NCBI RefSeq assembly: GCF_036321535.1
Contig: NC_087437.1
Span: 72,232,001 to 72,296,000 of the forward strand
Reading direction: 5' to 3'
Source: Camelus dromedarius
Taxonomy: Eukaryota
Length of the DNA stretch: 64,000 nucleotides
The notes below the pieces were generated by a model. That model was not told where the DNA came from, did no database searches, and worked only from the letters and a program-made list of their open reading frames with translations. This document shows positions 51,355 through 64,000 of this stretch, piece after piece. The position numbers and the translations under genes are program-made. How positions within the stretch are numbered: position 1 is the first letter of the stretch; each line of letters begins with the position of its first letter.

Positions 51355-51530
51355 CATTTATTGAACACTTATTACTTGCCAAGTATTCATGTAAAGCTCA
51401 CAACAGCCTTGCAAATAAAGTGTTCCTGTGTACAGTTCACAAATGAGAACACCAAGACACATAGAGTCTGGTAAGGAAGGTAAATAATAGTGGAAGGGAG
51501 TAGAAAACTCGAAGCTGCCTGGAACCATTA
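51355..51530 (-). mobile_element. MIR SINE (degenerate)
   Basis: agcatttattgaacactta...ctcacaacagcctt...acaaatgagaacaccaagacacatagag. Confidence 0.65.
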
Positions 51531-51720
51531 AAAAAAAAAAAAAAAAAAGCCTTTCCAAATGATCTTGTTTGGCCCTAATTATTGCTAACTATCCAACCAA
51601 ACAGTCTAGTTTCTTTATAGTGTAGGTGTCAGCCACTACCAGCCCTCCCCCCATTGGATTTTGCCTCAGTGTGAAATACTCGCTGTGAGTTAACATCTGC
51701 TTGCTTTCGCCCACCTGCAG

Positions 51721-51877
51721 CTGATCACCGCTCCTAAGGCTGAGAACAACATGTACGTTCAGCAGCGGGATGAATATCTGGAAAACTTCTGCAAGATGGC
51801 CACCAGGAAGGTCTCCGTGATCACCATCTTCGGCCCCGTCAGCAATAGTACCATGAAAATCGACCACTTCCAGCTAG
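51721..51877 (+). CDS. CCDC80: CCDC80 exon 3 (157 nt), LITAPKAENNMYVQQRDEYLENFCKMATRKVSVITIFGPVSNSTMKIDHFQL
   Basis: Acceptor ccacctgcAG at 51719-51720, in frame with exon 2. Donor G|GTTCTC, phase 1, joins exon 4 to give GAT (Asp). Confidence 0.95.
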
Positions 51878-52954
51878 GTTCTCTAAAACATTTAAATTAT
51901 ATTATTGTTTTTCTCATCGCTAAGGTGGGGCACACCTTATGGGTGGGGTCGGTGGGGAATCAAGAGGAAAATCCAGATATGGGGAGGAGGGTGCTTTTCC
52001 TGTGGTAACAAATGTCAGTCCGCCTAACTACTTATATAATCATTCCAGATGGGTCTGGTTTAAGTTTCTGGCACTTTAAAATGAAAAACATGCAAGCACT
52101 CTGTAGTTTGAAAGTCAGTAAGGTGGAGGAAAACGGGAGAGGTAATACGGGGTGGGAGGGGCAGTTTGGAGAACCGGAGAGGTATTCCAGCAATTTCTTC
52201 TGAACCCCGAGTCTCCTTGCCTGGGATCAGCACCCTCTGATCCTTCCGCAGCCTTCACGCTGCAGGCAACTCCCTCGCAGACAGGAACCTTGCAAGACCC
52301 CTGGGAGTCCTTGACTCTGGCAAGGCTGGGGAGGGAATTAACCAGGGCTGAGAGAAGCCGTGAAGCTAAATGAAAAGTCACTGGAAATGTGAACTGAACT
52401 GCACCCACGTCCTTTGGAGAGCAGAAGAATTTGGCTGAGTGTAGAGTTTTCACAATTTTTCATATTAATGATGCATGTGAGGCACACAGCTCAGCGCTGG
52501 GCAGCTGGGGTCTGACTCACTGCAGTTCCCATGGGAACATTGCAGGACTTACTGTGAGCAGTTAGGCCTCATAGTCAGCAGCCCCAGATCTGACCCACCC
52601 AGTTTCTTTTATAACTATTACATCTCTAGAGTTTAATTTTCTTTAAAAATTTTTTTTTCTTACATGGATTCTCTGCTTTTTAAAATTGCTGTTTCAACTA
52701 TAATGAAAATCCTTCTTATTGTACTGTTTGCATATTCTGCATATTTTTCATAAAATAATTTCATCTGAAAACATCTGCAAGAATATAAAACATACTTTCC
52801 CCATTAGTTAACATTTAAATTCAATACATATAGCATTTTTTCACAGATTTTTAGATATATATCACAGATTTTTCTGTTATGTGATCTTGGTATAATTGAA
52901 TATGTCAGTCATAATTATGTAATGTCAATTTGATTTTAATATAGTCTAGTTTCT

Positions 52955-53105
52955 AAATCACATTTTTCATTGTGGTAAAAACACTTAGCATGAGATCTAC
53001 CCTCTTAACTAATTTTCAGGTTCACGATACAGTATTGTTTACTGTAGGTACAATGTTGGACAGCAGGCCTGTCAAATTTATTTGGGTGTGAAGTTTCAGT
53101 TATGC
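52955..53105 (-). mobile_element. LINE-1 (L1MA-like) 3' end fragment
   Basis: attgtggtaaaaacacttagcatgagatctaccctcttaac...atacagtattgtttactgtaggtacaatgttg. Confidence 0.7.
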
Positions 53106-53319
53106 ATTCTCTGTTGTTACTAGCTCACCTTACCCTGAGATAGCTCCAGAGGTAAATAAATAGCATCCTTTCCAATGTAAGTCATTGTGGATCAGTGATT
53201 GGTTTGTGGACATTTATCCCTATGCTGTGTGTATGTTTGGAAGGGATTAAAAAAAGAGAGAGAGAGCATTATTACCAGCAACAATAGTAATCATACAAAT
53301 GGAAGACAGACACAAAAGA

Positions 53320-53500
53320 TATTCTGGAGTCAAAGAAATGGGTTCAGATTCACAGGCCCAAGGTATTTGTTGTGTGATCTTGGGCAAGTTACTTCCTAAG
53401 TGTCAGCTTAGAATGTATTTATGTCTATTTCACAGGCGATGATGAGGATTTAATAAGATAATGTATGTAAATACTTGTCACGTAATAAATGCTATTATTG
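53320..53500 (+). mobile_element. MIR SINE
   Basis: ctggagtcaaagaaatgggttcagat...tgtgtgatcttgggcaagttactt...gaggatttaataagataatgtatgtaaa. Confidence 0.75.
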
Positions 53501-54699
53501 TGGTCATCATCACCATCATTTGATCTGGCAGCCACCTGGAGATCAATGAGCTGTCACAGGGACTAGAACACCTGTAACTGAAAAATACTTGTAATCTCTT
53601 TCTGCTGATTACCCCATGTTAACAGTGAACCCTCACAACTGCTCTTGAAGGTCAGGCTGCTTTACTATTCTTGGTGACAAAACTGAAGCCCAAGAGACTA
53701 ATACCACAAAGCCACAGAGTCAGTGGTTAACTGGGATTCAACCCTTGGCTTCCTGGATTTTCAAATAATAGCAAGAGCCAGTGAGCTTGGTTGTGATCCA
53801 GATGTCCAGAGAGGAAGCAGATGCTCAGTCCAGTGCAGAAACCGGTGCCGGCCGGTGGTGAAAGCCTTCCTCCTCCAGGTGTTACCCACCAACTCACACC
53901 AAGCATTCTCATGCCTGACTTCAGAGAAGTGTGGAAAAATCATTGTATCTTCTACCTCAACCTCTATATGGTCCTGTTACAGGCATCTGGTACTGCCTTG
54001 GCAAAATTTTAACTTTAATCCTGCTGTGTTTTTTAGACATCTGGATTGAATCTGAGCTGTAGAGGACTGGGGTTTTCTTTTCTGCCTTATTGGAATCAGG
54101 TATTGTGATTTGGGTGTTTGCCACTCACTGAGTGGCAGCTTGGACATGATTTGGGGAGCCTTTTATTTTGCTCCTCATCTAATTCCTGGAAGGCCTTTCT
54201 CTCCTTGTGTCATGTCCCAGGTTACCCTTATGGGAAAGGCCGTGGCACTTCCAGCCAAGTCTGGGAGTTGGCCATGAGAAAATAGGAATTGGCATGAGAC
54301 GTGGTCTCAGTGAACCAATCTCCAGCCTTGACCGATTTTTAGCTGGAAATCTATCAGATGGCCTTAACTTTTCTTAAAAATAAATCAAGCACTCTCTACT
54401 CTTCCAGACTTTTACTGGGCCTTAAAAGCAGAGGCCCACATCCAACTACAGTGTGGGCTGTACTCACCAGCGTGTCCGTCTTGCTAAATGTATTTGAACT
54501 ATAGATGATGGATGTACAAACACTGGGAAACTTACTTTAAGATTTTAGTCATTAGCCTAAGGGAAGTTATTCATGCTTGAGCAAATTCTAGTGCAGAATA
54601 AGCCCATCTGGTTTTACCAGCCCAGAGTATATTACACATGCGGCTTTAGAATGACCTAACATTTAAAGCCATTCTTAGTTGTTAGAGATATTTAAAATA

Positions 54700-54760
54700 T
54701 TATCTGTACACCAGAAACTGACACATTGTAAACTGACTGTACTTCAATAAATATATTTAT
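54700..54760 (+). mobile_element. Very short LINE-1 3' terminus
   Basis: ctgtacaccagaaactgacacattgtaaactgactgtacttcaataaa, the complement of the motif seen at 14885-14930. Confidence 0.6.
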
Positions 54761-55789
54761 ATTACTGTAAGATAGGACTATTGGTGTCTATGTTAAGAGG
54801 ATGGATTATAGACAGTGTCAGATTACAGGAAGTTGCTGGCTAAAGACACTTTATTGCAGAGTGAAAAGAGAAGTGGGAGGGAAACACAGCAGGCATATGA
54901 ATATACATGTTTACATTTATATGTTTAGCAAAATTAAGAGATGAAAAGTATTTTAACACTGGTATTGATCACCAAATTTTAAGGGCTAGAACACAGGATA
55001 TTTTTATGGGGCAAAGGCAGTTCTTTGATAGCTTCTTTTGAAGGAAGAAGAATTGGAGGGGAATCGAAAAAAAGGGAGGTGGAAAAGTTGATGGAAGTGG
55101 AATGTGGCAACAGGAAAAGTGTTGCTTCCTTCTTCATATAAGTAGGGAATTTATAGGTGAATCTCTAAAATAACCTATGAGTGAGAAAATGATAGAATAC
55201 ATTTTAGCCTAAAATACTCTGTCTTTGATCCTGTTGAAGAGAATTGTTCTTTATGGACAACTTCACAACTGTCAGGATCCATAACAATGCAAAAAATGCT
55301 GCTTTCCCTCAGGAGCACCTGAAAAATTGACCCTTTGCCCCAATTCCTCCTTTCTTCAGTGGTGACAAGGCCTGGCAGCTGCCTTCTCTAGACCCTGCCA
55401 CCCTGAGCTGGGAGACAAGGTTGGGTGAGTGATCAGATTTCCAGACACTGCCCGCAGTGTCTCTCTCTGTTTATTCAGTCTTTGATTGTCAGTCACTCTG
55501 TGCCCTAGAGGCTAAAGAGGCCATCCCCTAGCCTGTCCAGTCATCCCATTCCACTGCCTCCAACATCAAGTGTATCAGTGTCAAGATTAACCCCTGACAA
55601 TCAAGGGGCGAAAAGCACCTGATCAGTCAAATGTACAAAACAAGTGCTTGAAGAATGTGGTGGGGAGATGAGCTCTTCCAATCACAGGCATTACAGAAGG
55701 TATCGTATGTGTCAGAGAATTTTGAAAAAGGGGTGGATTTAAAGGAGGGGACTTGAAACTGAATAGACTTTTTTTTTTTTATAGTGATG

Positions 55790-56560
55790 ACTTTACTTTT
55801 CATTTTTATTTAATTAAAAAAATAGTTTTTGGTTTCTAAAGTCTAAGTTCCATGAAAGGCATACACAGACAAGTCTTACACCCATTCCTGACCTTTATGT
55901 TATTAGTCTCTGCCCCCATAGGAGTATTTATAATTCCTTGTTTATCCACTGAATGCTTCTGCAAACACAAATAAATGTAAATACCTGTGGTCTCCTTTTT
56001 AAATACAAACTATAGTATGTTACATATACTGTTTTGCATTTTGCTTTTTCATTTAAATATATTTCCTGGAGATCTTTTCTTATGAGTGTATAGAGATCTT
56101 TCTCATTCTTTATTAAACCATTGTGAGATTCGACCATAATTTATTTAACCACTTCCCTTGTTGGTGGACACTTGGATTGCTTTCAGTATATTGTTATTAT
56201 AAACAATGTCACAACTGACCTTGTATATATGTCACTCTATGCATGTGGGTACATCTTTACAATAGATTTTGAGAAGGAGGATTGTTGGGCTAAATGGAAA
56301 ACATATCTAGTTTTGGTAGATATCATCAGATTTCTGTCCATGCAAGTTGGATTATATTGTAATTGCAACAGAAATGTGTAAGAATATCTATCTCCCCAAA
56401 CCTCTTCAGTAGAGTGTGTGATCAAACCTGTGAATGTTTTTAGCCAATGTGGTGTTAAAAATGGTATCTCAGTGTGGTGCAGTGTTGAGTTGCATTTCTT
56501 TTTTTTTTATGATTGAACATCTTTTCCTATGTTTCAGGAACGCTTATGCTTTGTTTTTAG
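55790..56560 (-). mobile_element. Old LINE-1 (L1ME-like) 3' region
   Basis: accataatttatttaaccacttcccttgttggtggacacttggattgctttcag...aaatggtatctcagtgtgg...ttgcatttct. Confidence 0.8.
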
Positions 56561-56589
56561 TGTTTTAATCTCAATTTATGGGTATTCTT

Positions 56590-56725
56590 AATAAATTAGA
56601 ATGAAAATTCAGATTCCCAGGTCCCCTCCCTACTCCAAGGTACTGACCTAGTTTGAGGTTGGGGTCCAGGAATCTGTTTTTAAAATATTGCTCAAGTGAT
56701 TCTGATTTGCAGCTCGATTTGGTCT
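56590..56725. mobile_element. MER5A-like hAT remnant
   Basis: aaattcagattcccaggtcccctcc...ggggtccaggaatctgttttt...caagtgattctgat. Confidence 0.6.
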
Positions 56726-57689
56726 AGAGCAGAAGATTGGGTATAGGATAGAAAAGAAGAGAGGGCTAGAAATGCAGATTGGCACCAAATTTTAGAGGAT
56801 TTCAAATACTAGGGCAAAGAATTCAAACTTTATATGGTAAAACACATGAAGTCACTGAAGATTTCTAAATAATATTTTTCAAATAAATTTTAAATAACTT
56901 TTAAGTTTTAGTAGAGTCAGTCTGTAGGACAGAGAAGCAACTGGCAGGGCACATTCTTCATAGATAAGACAAATAGCTCCTTCTAAGGCTGGAAGAGAGC
57001 AGCAGCATTGTGATCGGGAATGGCCAGGCCGGTCCCACCCAGCCCTGTGATCCAGTCACTCCTCCCACAACGGGGCGCTAGGCAGGTGAATGACCCATTC
57101 ACAGGGTAAAATAGGAGCAAGTGGATTAAAGACAAAATCACTTAAATTTACCTGTTTATAATCAAAAGGAAGTCGCTGGAGGTGGCTAATATTATCCGAA
57201 CTAAAATAACGTACTAAGGACCGCTCAGCAATCTTGGGAGTATTCTTGAGATAAAAGAAGTCCGGCCTCCGCTGGAGTCTTCGCCTCCAGATTTATCCAA
57301 AGCACAACCATGAGATTTTTGGCTGGTACTGACTTCTTGGATAGGATAGTTGTATTTTTAATACCTTATAAATATGTTCTATTTATGTTTTACATTACTC
57401 CAGGACAGAGCTTATTAAGGTATGGTGGTGCAGCACGGTGAATGACACTGGAGAGACCAGAATGCCAAAGGAAAATAGCATGTGAACCGTCCCCCCACCT
57501 TCCCCTGCCATATCTTAGTAGAACGAAGTTTGGCTTAACTCATAGTCCTGGGTCCTCTCTGCCTTTGAGTGTGATGTGTTTTGTGAAAGTAGAGAGAGCA
57601 CTGGATGAGAGTGAGGTCACAGTATCTGAGTCCAACCCTCACTCTTTTATTAACTAGCAACGTGAACTTGAGTGAGTTGCTCCCTTCGT

Positions 57690-58066
57690 GGCGCCGCGAT
57701 AAGTTGGTTCTCTGGGAAACAGACTCTGAGACTCTGAGATTTGCATGCGAGAGGTTAGTGAAGCGTATTCTGGGGAATAATGCCTATGAGGGGTGATGGA
57801 CACAGGACGGCAGAGGGAGAATTTGAATTGTAATGCCACTGACTCTTCAGAGTTGCTCTCTTTGAGGCAAGGGGGATCCCTTTTATACCTACACCTTCCC
57901 TCACCGCAGCAACCACTGAATCTGGGCTGTGTCCTTGTGAGGGTGAGTTAGGGGAGAGGCAGCTCTTTTCTAAGAATATTTTTCAGAGAGGAATTCAGCT
58001 GCTGACATTCATAGCAGCCTTAGTTGTGAAAGTGGGATCTGGGCAACACACCAGAGTGCCCACTGC
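57690..58066 (-). mobile_element. ERVL LTR (LTR16-like) remnant
   Basis: ggttctctgggaaacagactctgaga...gatttgcatgcgagagg...gggagaatttgaattgtaatgc. Confidence 0.6.
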
Positions 58067-58117
58067 AGTCTTAGTTTCATCCTCAATTATGTGACTGGGT
58101 TGGGACAGATGGTGTCT

Positions 58118-58678
58118 GTGTCAGTTATCTATTGCCACAAGAAGGCTATGTAATAAAGACCCACACACCTCAGTGGCATATGACATTAAACATTCACTTA
58201 GTCACAAGTCTGAAAAGTTCAGCCGATCCGGGCTTGGCTTGGCTAGGCTTGGCTTGGCTAGGCTTGCTCGCGTGTTTGCAGTCAGCTGTCTGTGGGCTAG
58301 GTACTTCTGCTGATCTTGGCTGGGCCTGCACATATGTTAGGGGTCAACTGGCTGTTGGTTAACCTGGGGTAGCCCCGGCTGGGAGGACACCAGAGTCACT
58401 TGGCTTGACTTATCCTTCAGAAGGCTGGTATGGACGTAGTCTCACGGCCATGGCAGAGGCAAGAGTAATCGTACATGTACCGGCCCATTTCTGGCTTCTG
58501 TTTGTGTCACTTTTTCAAACATTGGTGAACCCTGGCCAAGGAAAGCAGTATAGATGGGCTCAGAATCAAAAGGCAGGACAGTTCAACCCATCTGCCATAA
58601 CAGGGAGGTGCAGTTACTGGGCAGAGTGTAAACACAGGCAAGGGTGGAGAATCGGGACCATTTCTGAAATCTACTACA
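58118..58678 (-). mobile_element. MaLR LTR (MLT1-type) with an internal (GGCTW)n expansion at ~58231-58266
   Basis: tgtgtcagttatctattgccaca...ctcagtggcata...aatctactaca; TG...CA ends. Confidence 0.75.
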
Positions 58679-58979
58679 ATCTCCAATTTCCTCTTATCTC
58701 AGCCGTTCAATGGTTTTTGTGTCTTTACCTGTTAGGTAGATGTTAATGTCTAATTCCGACTGTAATTAGGAACTTGAACTCTGTCCACGTTACTTATCTC
58801 TAAATCCAGCACCCAGCACAGAATCAGCTTAGGACAATATTCAGCAAATATTTTGTTGAGTGAACAAAAGCAAAAATGAATGTATGTTAAGAATTGAAAA
58901 TAGCAATTCTAAGTTTGAGATAAAATCTGATTTGTAAAGTCAGAATCAGAATATTAGTTGTTAAGGATATTTACAAATC

Positions 58980-59330
58980 AGCTTTTTAATGATTTCCTGT
59001 ATTATTATTAACTACAAAGTAAAATATACTCCTTGTTAAGATTTAAATAATGTAGACTTACATGGAGTAAACAGTGAAAGTTTCCACCTCACCTCTTCCC
59101 ACTCCCCAGAGGCAGCCATTGTTATCAGCTGTATGTCCTGGACTTTTTTCTATGCATTTTCCCGTATGGACGTATTTTCTTTTGCTTTATTTTCTTTTAA
59201 CCAAGACTAGAGTCATAAAGTGCATTTTATTCTGCAAATTGCTGTTTTTATTCAATGAGATATACTGAACAAAACCAACAGCATGAATCTAGTAATTCTT
59301 TTAAATTAATTTATATTTCATTAATGACAG
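58980..59330 (-). mobile_element. Old LINE-1 (L1ME-like) 3' fragment
   Basis: aaagtaaaatatactccttgtt...actccccagaggcagccattgtta...ttattctgcaaattgctgttttta. Confidence 0.6.
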
Positions 59331-60647
59331 CAAAAAATGTACATTTAAAATAGTTTATGTGTATATGGCATATCAATATTTATTTTGCAGATAATACTTG
59401 GTCGTCACATATATGCTCTTCATGCCTTTGGCCACGTCCATGAAGAACTGTTATGATTCGGGAGAAGAAAACAGATTCTTCCCCCTCATTCTGATCTGTT
59501 TGAGAGAATCAAGCTCCTTGTTCATATTCTTTCAACAATCCTAATCAAATTATCCAGAGTAATAGTTAAGTTGTAACTGCCCCCTTTTTATCAATAAAAA
59601 AGTCATATTCTGTGGTACTCAAGCTGTGTAACCTCTGTATCTGCAGGTTGTGGATGTTTCTACTGCAGTGCTATTCGCTGAGCAGCAATGTTGATGATGA
59701 CTGGTGGATTTCCTTCTGTAATAGATCTATTATCACATATTTTCTAATTTTAACTTTTGCACATTTTTGAAACATACAGGGGATTACTTTGCAGTCAAAA
59801 ATTGTAGTAGGGTTGAAGGAAACACTGTGACCTGTATTGGAGGGAAGAAGTAAATAAAGCTGTCCTATCATTTCCAAAAAAGCTTTCCAGATATGGTAGT
59901 TACCATGTTCATGCTTTGCATTAACCCAGTGATATCTTCAGGGACCATTCAGAATTATAATACTTTATTTTCAGGCCTTGATATTTGAAAGAATACATAA
60001 CATTAAAAACTTCCATAAATTCAGTAACTCTTTGCTTGAAATTGTATTCACTTACAACATTTGTATTTTGAGTAGCTTGATTTTTTTTTGGTGCCACATT
60101 GACCAGATTTGAACATGGACCTTTTTATTTCTCTCTATAGCAACGGCATACATACTTCACTGAGTCCCAAAGTGATTCTATAAGAAAAAGGAGGAACAGG
60201 CACAGATTTTAGACTTAACCAAATAAATAATTCATGCTAAAATAAATTTTAAAATGAAATAAAACTTAACCAAAGTATCTGGGTCTGGTTCCCTGGTGGG
60301 TTAGGGTGGTGGCTCATTCCCAGGATGAGCTGGCTGTTTTCTTCCAGGGATGACTCAGCAGCCTAACTCCCACGTTGCTCCTTCTGATTCACAAGACCAG
60401 GGTGGGCAGAACTAGGGTTGATTGTCTTTGGAAGAGTGACTTTCAAAATGAATTCATTTATTCATTTGTTTCTATACTTATTGATTCATTTGTAAACTTT
60501 TGTTCAAACAAAATGTTAGTCAATATGTGCAACTAACGAAAACTGTTCTAATTAACTGGGATGAAAGCTCAGAGCCTCCACTCCTTCATTTCCCACTGAT
60601 TTCTATTTTTTCACACCCATATTTATTCACATTTCATTTGCCTTAAG

Positions 60648-60784
60648 ATAATGAAAAACCTATGCGTGTGGTGGATGATGAGGACTTGGTAGACCAGCAT
60701 CTCATCAGCGAGCTGAGGAAGGAGTATGGAATGACCTATAATGACTTCTTCATGGTGCTCACGGATGTGGACCTGAGAGTCAAG
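60648..60784 (+). CDS. CCDC80: CCDC80 exon 4 (137 nt), DNEKPMRVVDDEDLVDQHLISELRKEYGMTYNDFFMVLTDVDLRVK
   Basis: Acceptor ccttaAG at 60646-60647; donor AAG|GTATGG. Exons 3+4 total 294 nt, restoring phase 0. Confidence 0.95.
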
Positions 60785-61254
60785 GTATGGGTTCCTGTTT
60801 CAGATGATGCGGTCTCACTCCTTAGAAGAGCAACTCATCTTTTTGTCAATGACTCTATTAGACATATGAGTAAGCACAAATTATTTTCCAAATAGTCTAC
60901 ACTGTTCTGTAGCATTTGTGTGTAGACATGTGGTCTATGGAAAATATTGGGTTGGATTACTCCCTACGGTCCAGCAACTTGGCTGAAACTAAATTCTTCT
61001 GTAACATCAATGTCATGCATTCATCAGACACTTATTGAATAGCTGTGATGTACCAGGCCCTGGGAATAAAAGGTGAAGAGTGTTTGGCTTCTGTTTTCAG
61101 GAAAGCCAGATAGGCCTCCTTTGGAAGGGTCTTGAAGATAATCTCCAGATCCAACATGGACAATATAGCAGGGTTTTACACCTACTTTCTTCCTATGATA
61201 GGGACAAAGATTCTGAACCATGAAAAACTGTGCCATGTAGTTGTAACAATAATA

Positions 61255-61465
61255 ACTAACTTTATTGAGTGCTTTCCTTAGACCAGGCACTCACCTCAAA
61301 TATTTACAATCCTTATCTCAAACCTCTAAGATAAATAACAATTATTATCTTTGTTTCACAGAGGACAAACAGAGACTCAGAGTAGTTAAGCAACTTTCCC
61401 AGTTAATGCTGGACTTCATACCCATGCAGCTTGGCTCCAAAGCCCACTGTTTTAACCATTGTAAT
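61255..61465 (-). mobile_element. MIR SINE
   Basis: aactttattgagtgcttt...ccaggcact...tttcacagaggacaaacagagactcagagtagttaagcaactttccc...ggctccaaagccc. Confidence 0.8.
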
Positions 61466-62390
61466 ACACCACGAATACTACATACCAAGCATGATAGTAT
61501 GCTGTGCTTACATGAAAATCCATAGGAAAAAGGCTGCCTGGCCTGTTGGACTAGCTGATTCAACCTGCAGTATTTTTCTGAACCTGAAGAGATTTCCCTT
61601 CACCAACTGATTCCACGGTTGTGTTGTGGCACCTTTAATGTGAGAGGTTGGACTAGATGATCCCTAAGGTCTCTGCCAGCTTTCACATTTGATGACTTAA
61701 CTAAATTCCCATTGAGGGCATAGCTCTAAGCCATGTCCAGGCTTCTCTCTCTAGATTATGCTGATTATGCTCAGCCAGCCCCCAAATCCATCTCAGGTTA
61801 CTGTTGTTAAGTCCAGACAGCTTTGATCCAGGAAACTGGATTTCATTATCCTTAAGTCTGATCCCAGATTTTTACTGAGAATACATAAGCAAATAGGATC
61901 TAATTTTAAGTGATGCTTATTCAATAAAATAGTCTCTGGGAATCACAGAGTGTTTACGTAGATTCCTGATCACCACAGAACAAGCCCCTGTTGTTCAGGT
62001 CGGATACTCTAATGTGTTATTTCATTAGTCTCTTGTGCTAGGTACACTGCTGCTCACTTTCTCTCCGGTTGTGTAGTGATCAGGAACCGGCTTAGTCTCA
62101 GAGGTAGGAAAGTGAGCCGAGGACATGTGTGGTGAGGAAGGCATAAACCTTTTCCAATAAAAAGAGTGAAGTTAAGAAGAAATCCTCATGGAAGGGGAAG
62201 GCAGTTGTTTAATGGATTCAGAACTCAAAACATCAGCGGAGGTACTGTTGCAGGAGAGAGTTTGTAAATCAGTGAGCCCTCTAGGCTCTGGCTTCCCTGG
62301 AGCTCACCTGAATTCCCCCAAACTCCCTATCCTCTGGGCCAAGGGAAGAAACACCTTTATATATTATACTTTCTATTTATTCCTCAACAG

Positions 62391-62539
62391 CAATATTATG
62401 AGGTGCCTATAGCAATGAAGTCTGTGTTCGATTTGATCGATACTTTCCAGTCCCGAATCAAAGACATGGAAAAGCAGAAGAAGGAAGGCATTGTTTGCAA
62501 AGAAGACAAGAAGCAGTCACTGGAGAACTTCCTGTCCAG
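62391..62539 (+). CDS. CCDC80: CCDC80 exon 5 (149 nt), QYYEVPIAMKSVFDLIDTFQSRIKDMEKQKKEGIVCKEDKKQSLENFLSR; gene continues past the window
   Basis: Acceptor cctcaacAG at 62389-62390; donor CAG|GTACAT, phase 2; peptide continues the recalled CCDC80 sequence. Confidence 0.95.
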
Positions 62540-63325
62540 GTACATCACTTTGGAGACCTCCAGGAGGCAGGCAGGAGTGTGTTTTGAGTGAGCTAATGAG
62601 AACCCCCAGAAACTCAGAGCAGACAAATGTGTGCCGAGTCAGCTTCCCTGATGAGAGGTCTGTCTGCTTCCGGGCACTCTGGCCACTTGGCTTAGTCTGG
62701 TCCTGTTGGAAGTGGCTCTGGTTGCATGGCTGGCTGGGGTCAGCTCCAGGCTGGATTGTTGATTTGGTAGCTTTGGATAGGTCTTCTCTCCCTTTTCTGT
62801 TCCTTTTTTGGCACAGACACAGAATTCTGACCTCTTGTGAGGGTTAATTTTTTCAGCCAGTCAATTTGGAAGGCTTTATATACAGTATTTTTTTTTCATA
62901 TATTTATTAGGTCCCTTCTAGTTCCAAACAGAATTTGGAACACTGTGCTTGATTTTCTGCTTCCTTCCAACTGCAGAGACCAACAAAAGCTCCACTAAGT
63001 CCTGAAGAGGAGAAATTCTCTTGACTCAGGTCCCTGATTCCTTGGGGAGTGTGGTTTGTTGAAAACCACTGTAGGGAAACTTTGGTACATACACACAAGA
63101 AAAAGAAAAAAAAAAATCACCCTACTTCTTCCCTTCTCCGTCCTATCCCCCATGTTGGATGAAAATTCTACAAATCTTTGGGACCTTAGGAAGTACAAAG
63201 CTGCAGAAATTTCACCCCCAATGTCAAGAATTCCATGATTTTAGTAAACGGATAATCTGAATTCCTCTAGATTCGGGAGGCTTGGGTCTCTTAGGAGATA
63301 ACATCATAATGTGTAAAGAGCATAG

Positions 63326-63978
63326 TGATATCGGAAAAATGAGCATGGGGCGAGAGGAGGGCCATGTCCTAGGTCCCAAGTGAGTCCATGGGATGTGCCT
63401 CGCCAAGTATGGGTCTTTGGCTTTGCGCAGGAAAGAATTTAAGAGCCAGCTACAACAGAGTAAAGATAGATTTATTTAGAGAGATACATACTACATAGAG
63501 TGTAGGCTGTTTCAGAAGGCAAGAGAAAGGCCACGCGGTGTTGGGGTTGGATGCTCAGGTTAAAGTAAAAGTAGGCACACACTCCATAGACAGAGTGCAG
63601 GCCGTCTCCAAAGACAAGGGAGCGAGAGAGGCTGCCAGGCACAATGTTGCCAGTTTTTATAGTAGCTTCACATGCCAACAAGTGGGAGGACCATTCCAAC
63701 TACCCTGGGGAAGGGACTGGGATTCCCAGGAACTGGGCCACCGCCCACTCTTTGACCTTTTATGGTCAACCTCGAAGCTGTCATGGCGCCTGTGGGAGTG
63801 TCATTTACCACGTTGATGTATTACAATGAGCATATAATGAAACTCAAGATATACTAGAAGTCAAGTCTCCCATCTGGAGCCTCAAGCCCTACTGGGAGTT
63901 GAATCTTCCATCATTTTTTGGTGTTAATTGCTGTCATTCTTTGAATGGCTGTGCCCTGTCCCCTTTCTTCCTGTTTCA
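63326..63978 (-). mobile_element. Solo LTR, ERV1 class, antisense within CCDC80 intron 5
   Basis: TG...CA termini (tgatatcggaaa...cctgtttca), near-TSD atag/ttag, minus-strand AATAAA at 63471-63476, ttggctttgcgcaggaaagaatttaagag motif, internal ~50-bp imperfect repeat. Confidence 0.75.
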
Positions 63979-64000
63979 TTAGGACTTACCATTCACCCAG

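Overview
This is mammalian genomic DNA, probably camelid, inferred from nine tRNA-derived SINEs resembling Vic-1; I recognised no Alu, B1/B2, Bov-tA or PRE-1. The window holds the 5' part of CCDC80 (URB/DRO1/SSG1) on the + strand: a likely non-coding exon 1 ending at 41533, coding exon 2 (41969-43869, ATG at 41980) and exons 3-5 (51721-51877, 60648-60784, 62391-62539). These splice in frame; the rest of the gene lies beyond the window. The first ~40 kb has no recognisable gene and is a patchwork of MIR, L2, L1, CR1/L3, LTR and DNA-transposon remnants. I found no evidence of a novel multi-gene system. The best leads are small: a splice-created uORF whose stop overlaps the CCDC80 ATG, a SINE insertion that creates a perfect CArG box, a Tigger/LTR/SINE nest with readable target-site duplications (TSDs), a candidate 3' transduction, and clustered SRF/TEAD/AP-1/NRF2 motifs. 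Repeat family names and the gene identity come from recall, not a database search, and repeat boundaries without TSDs are approximate.
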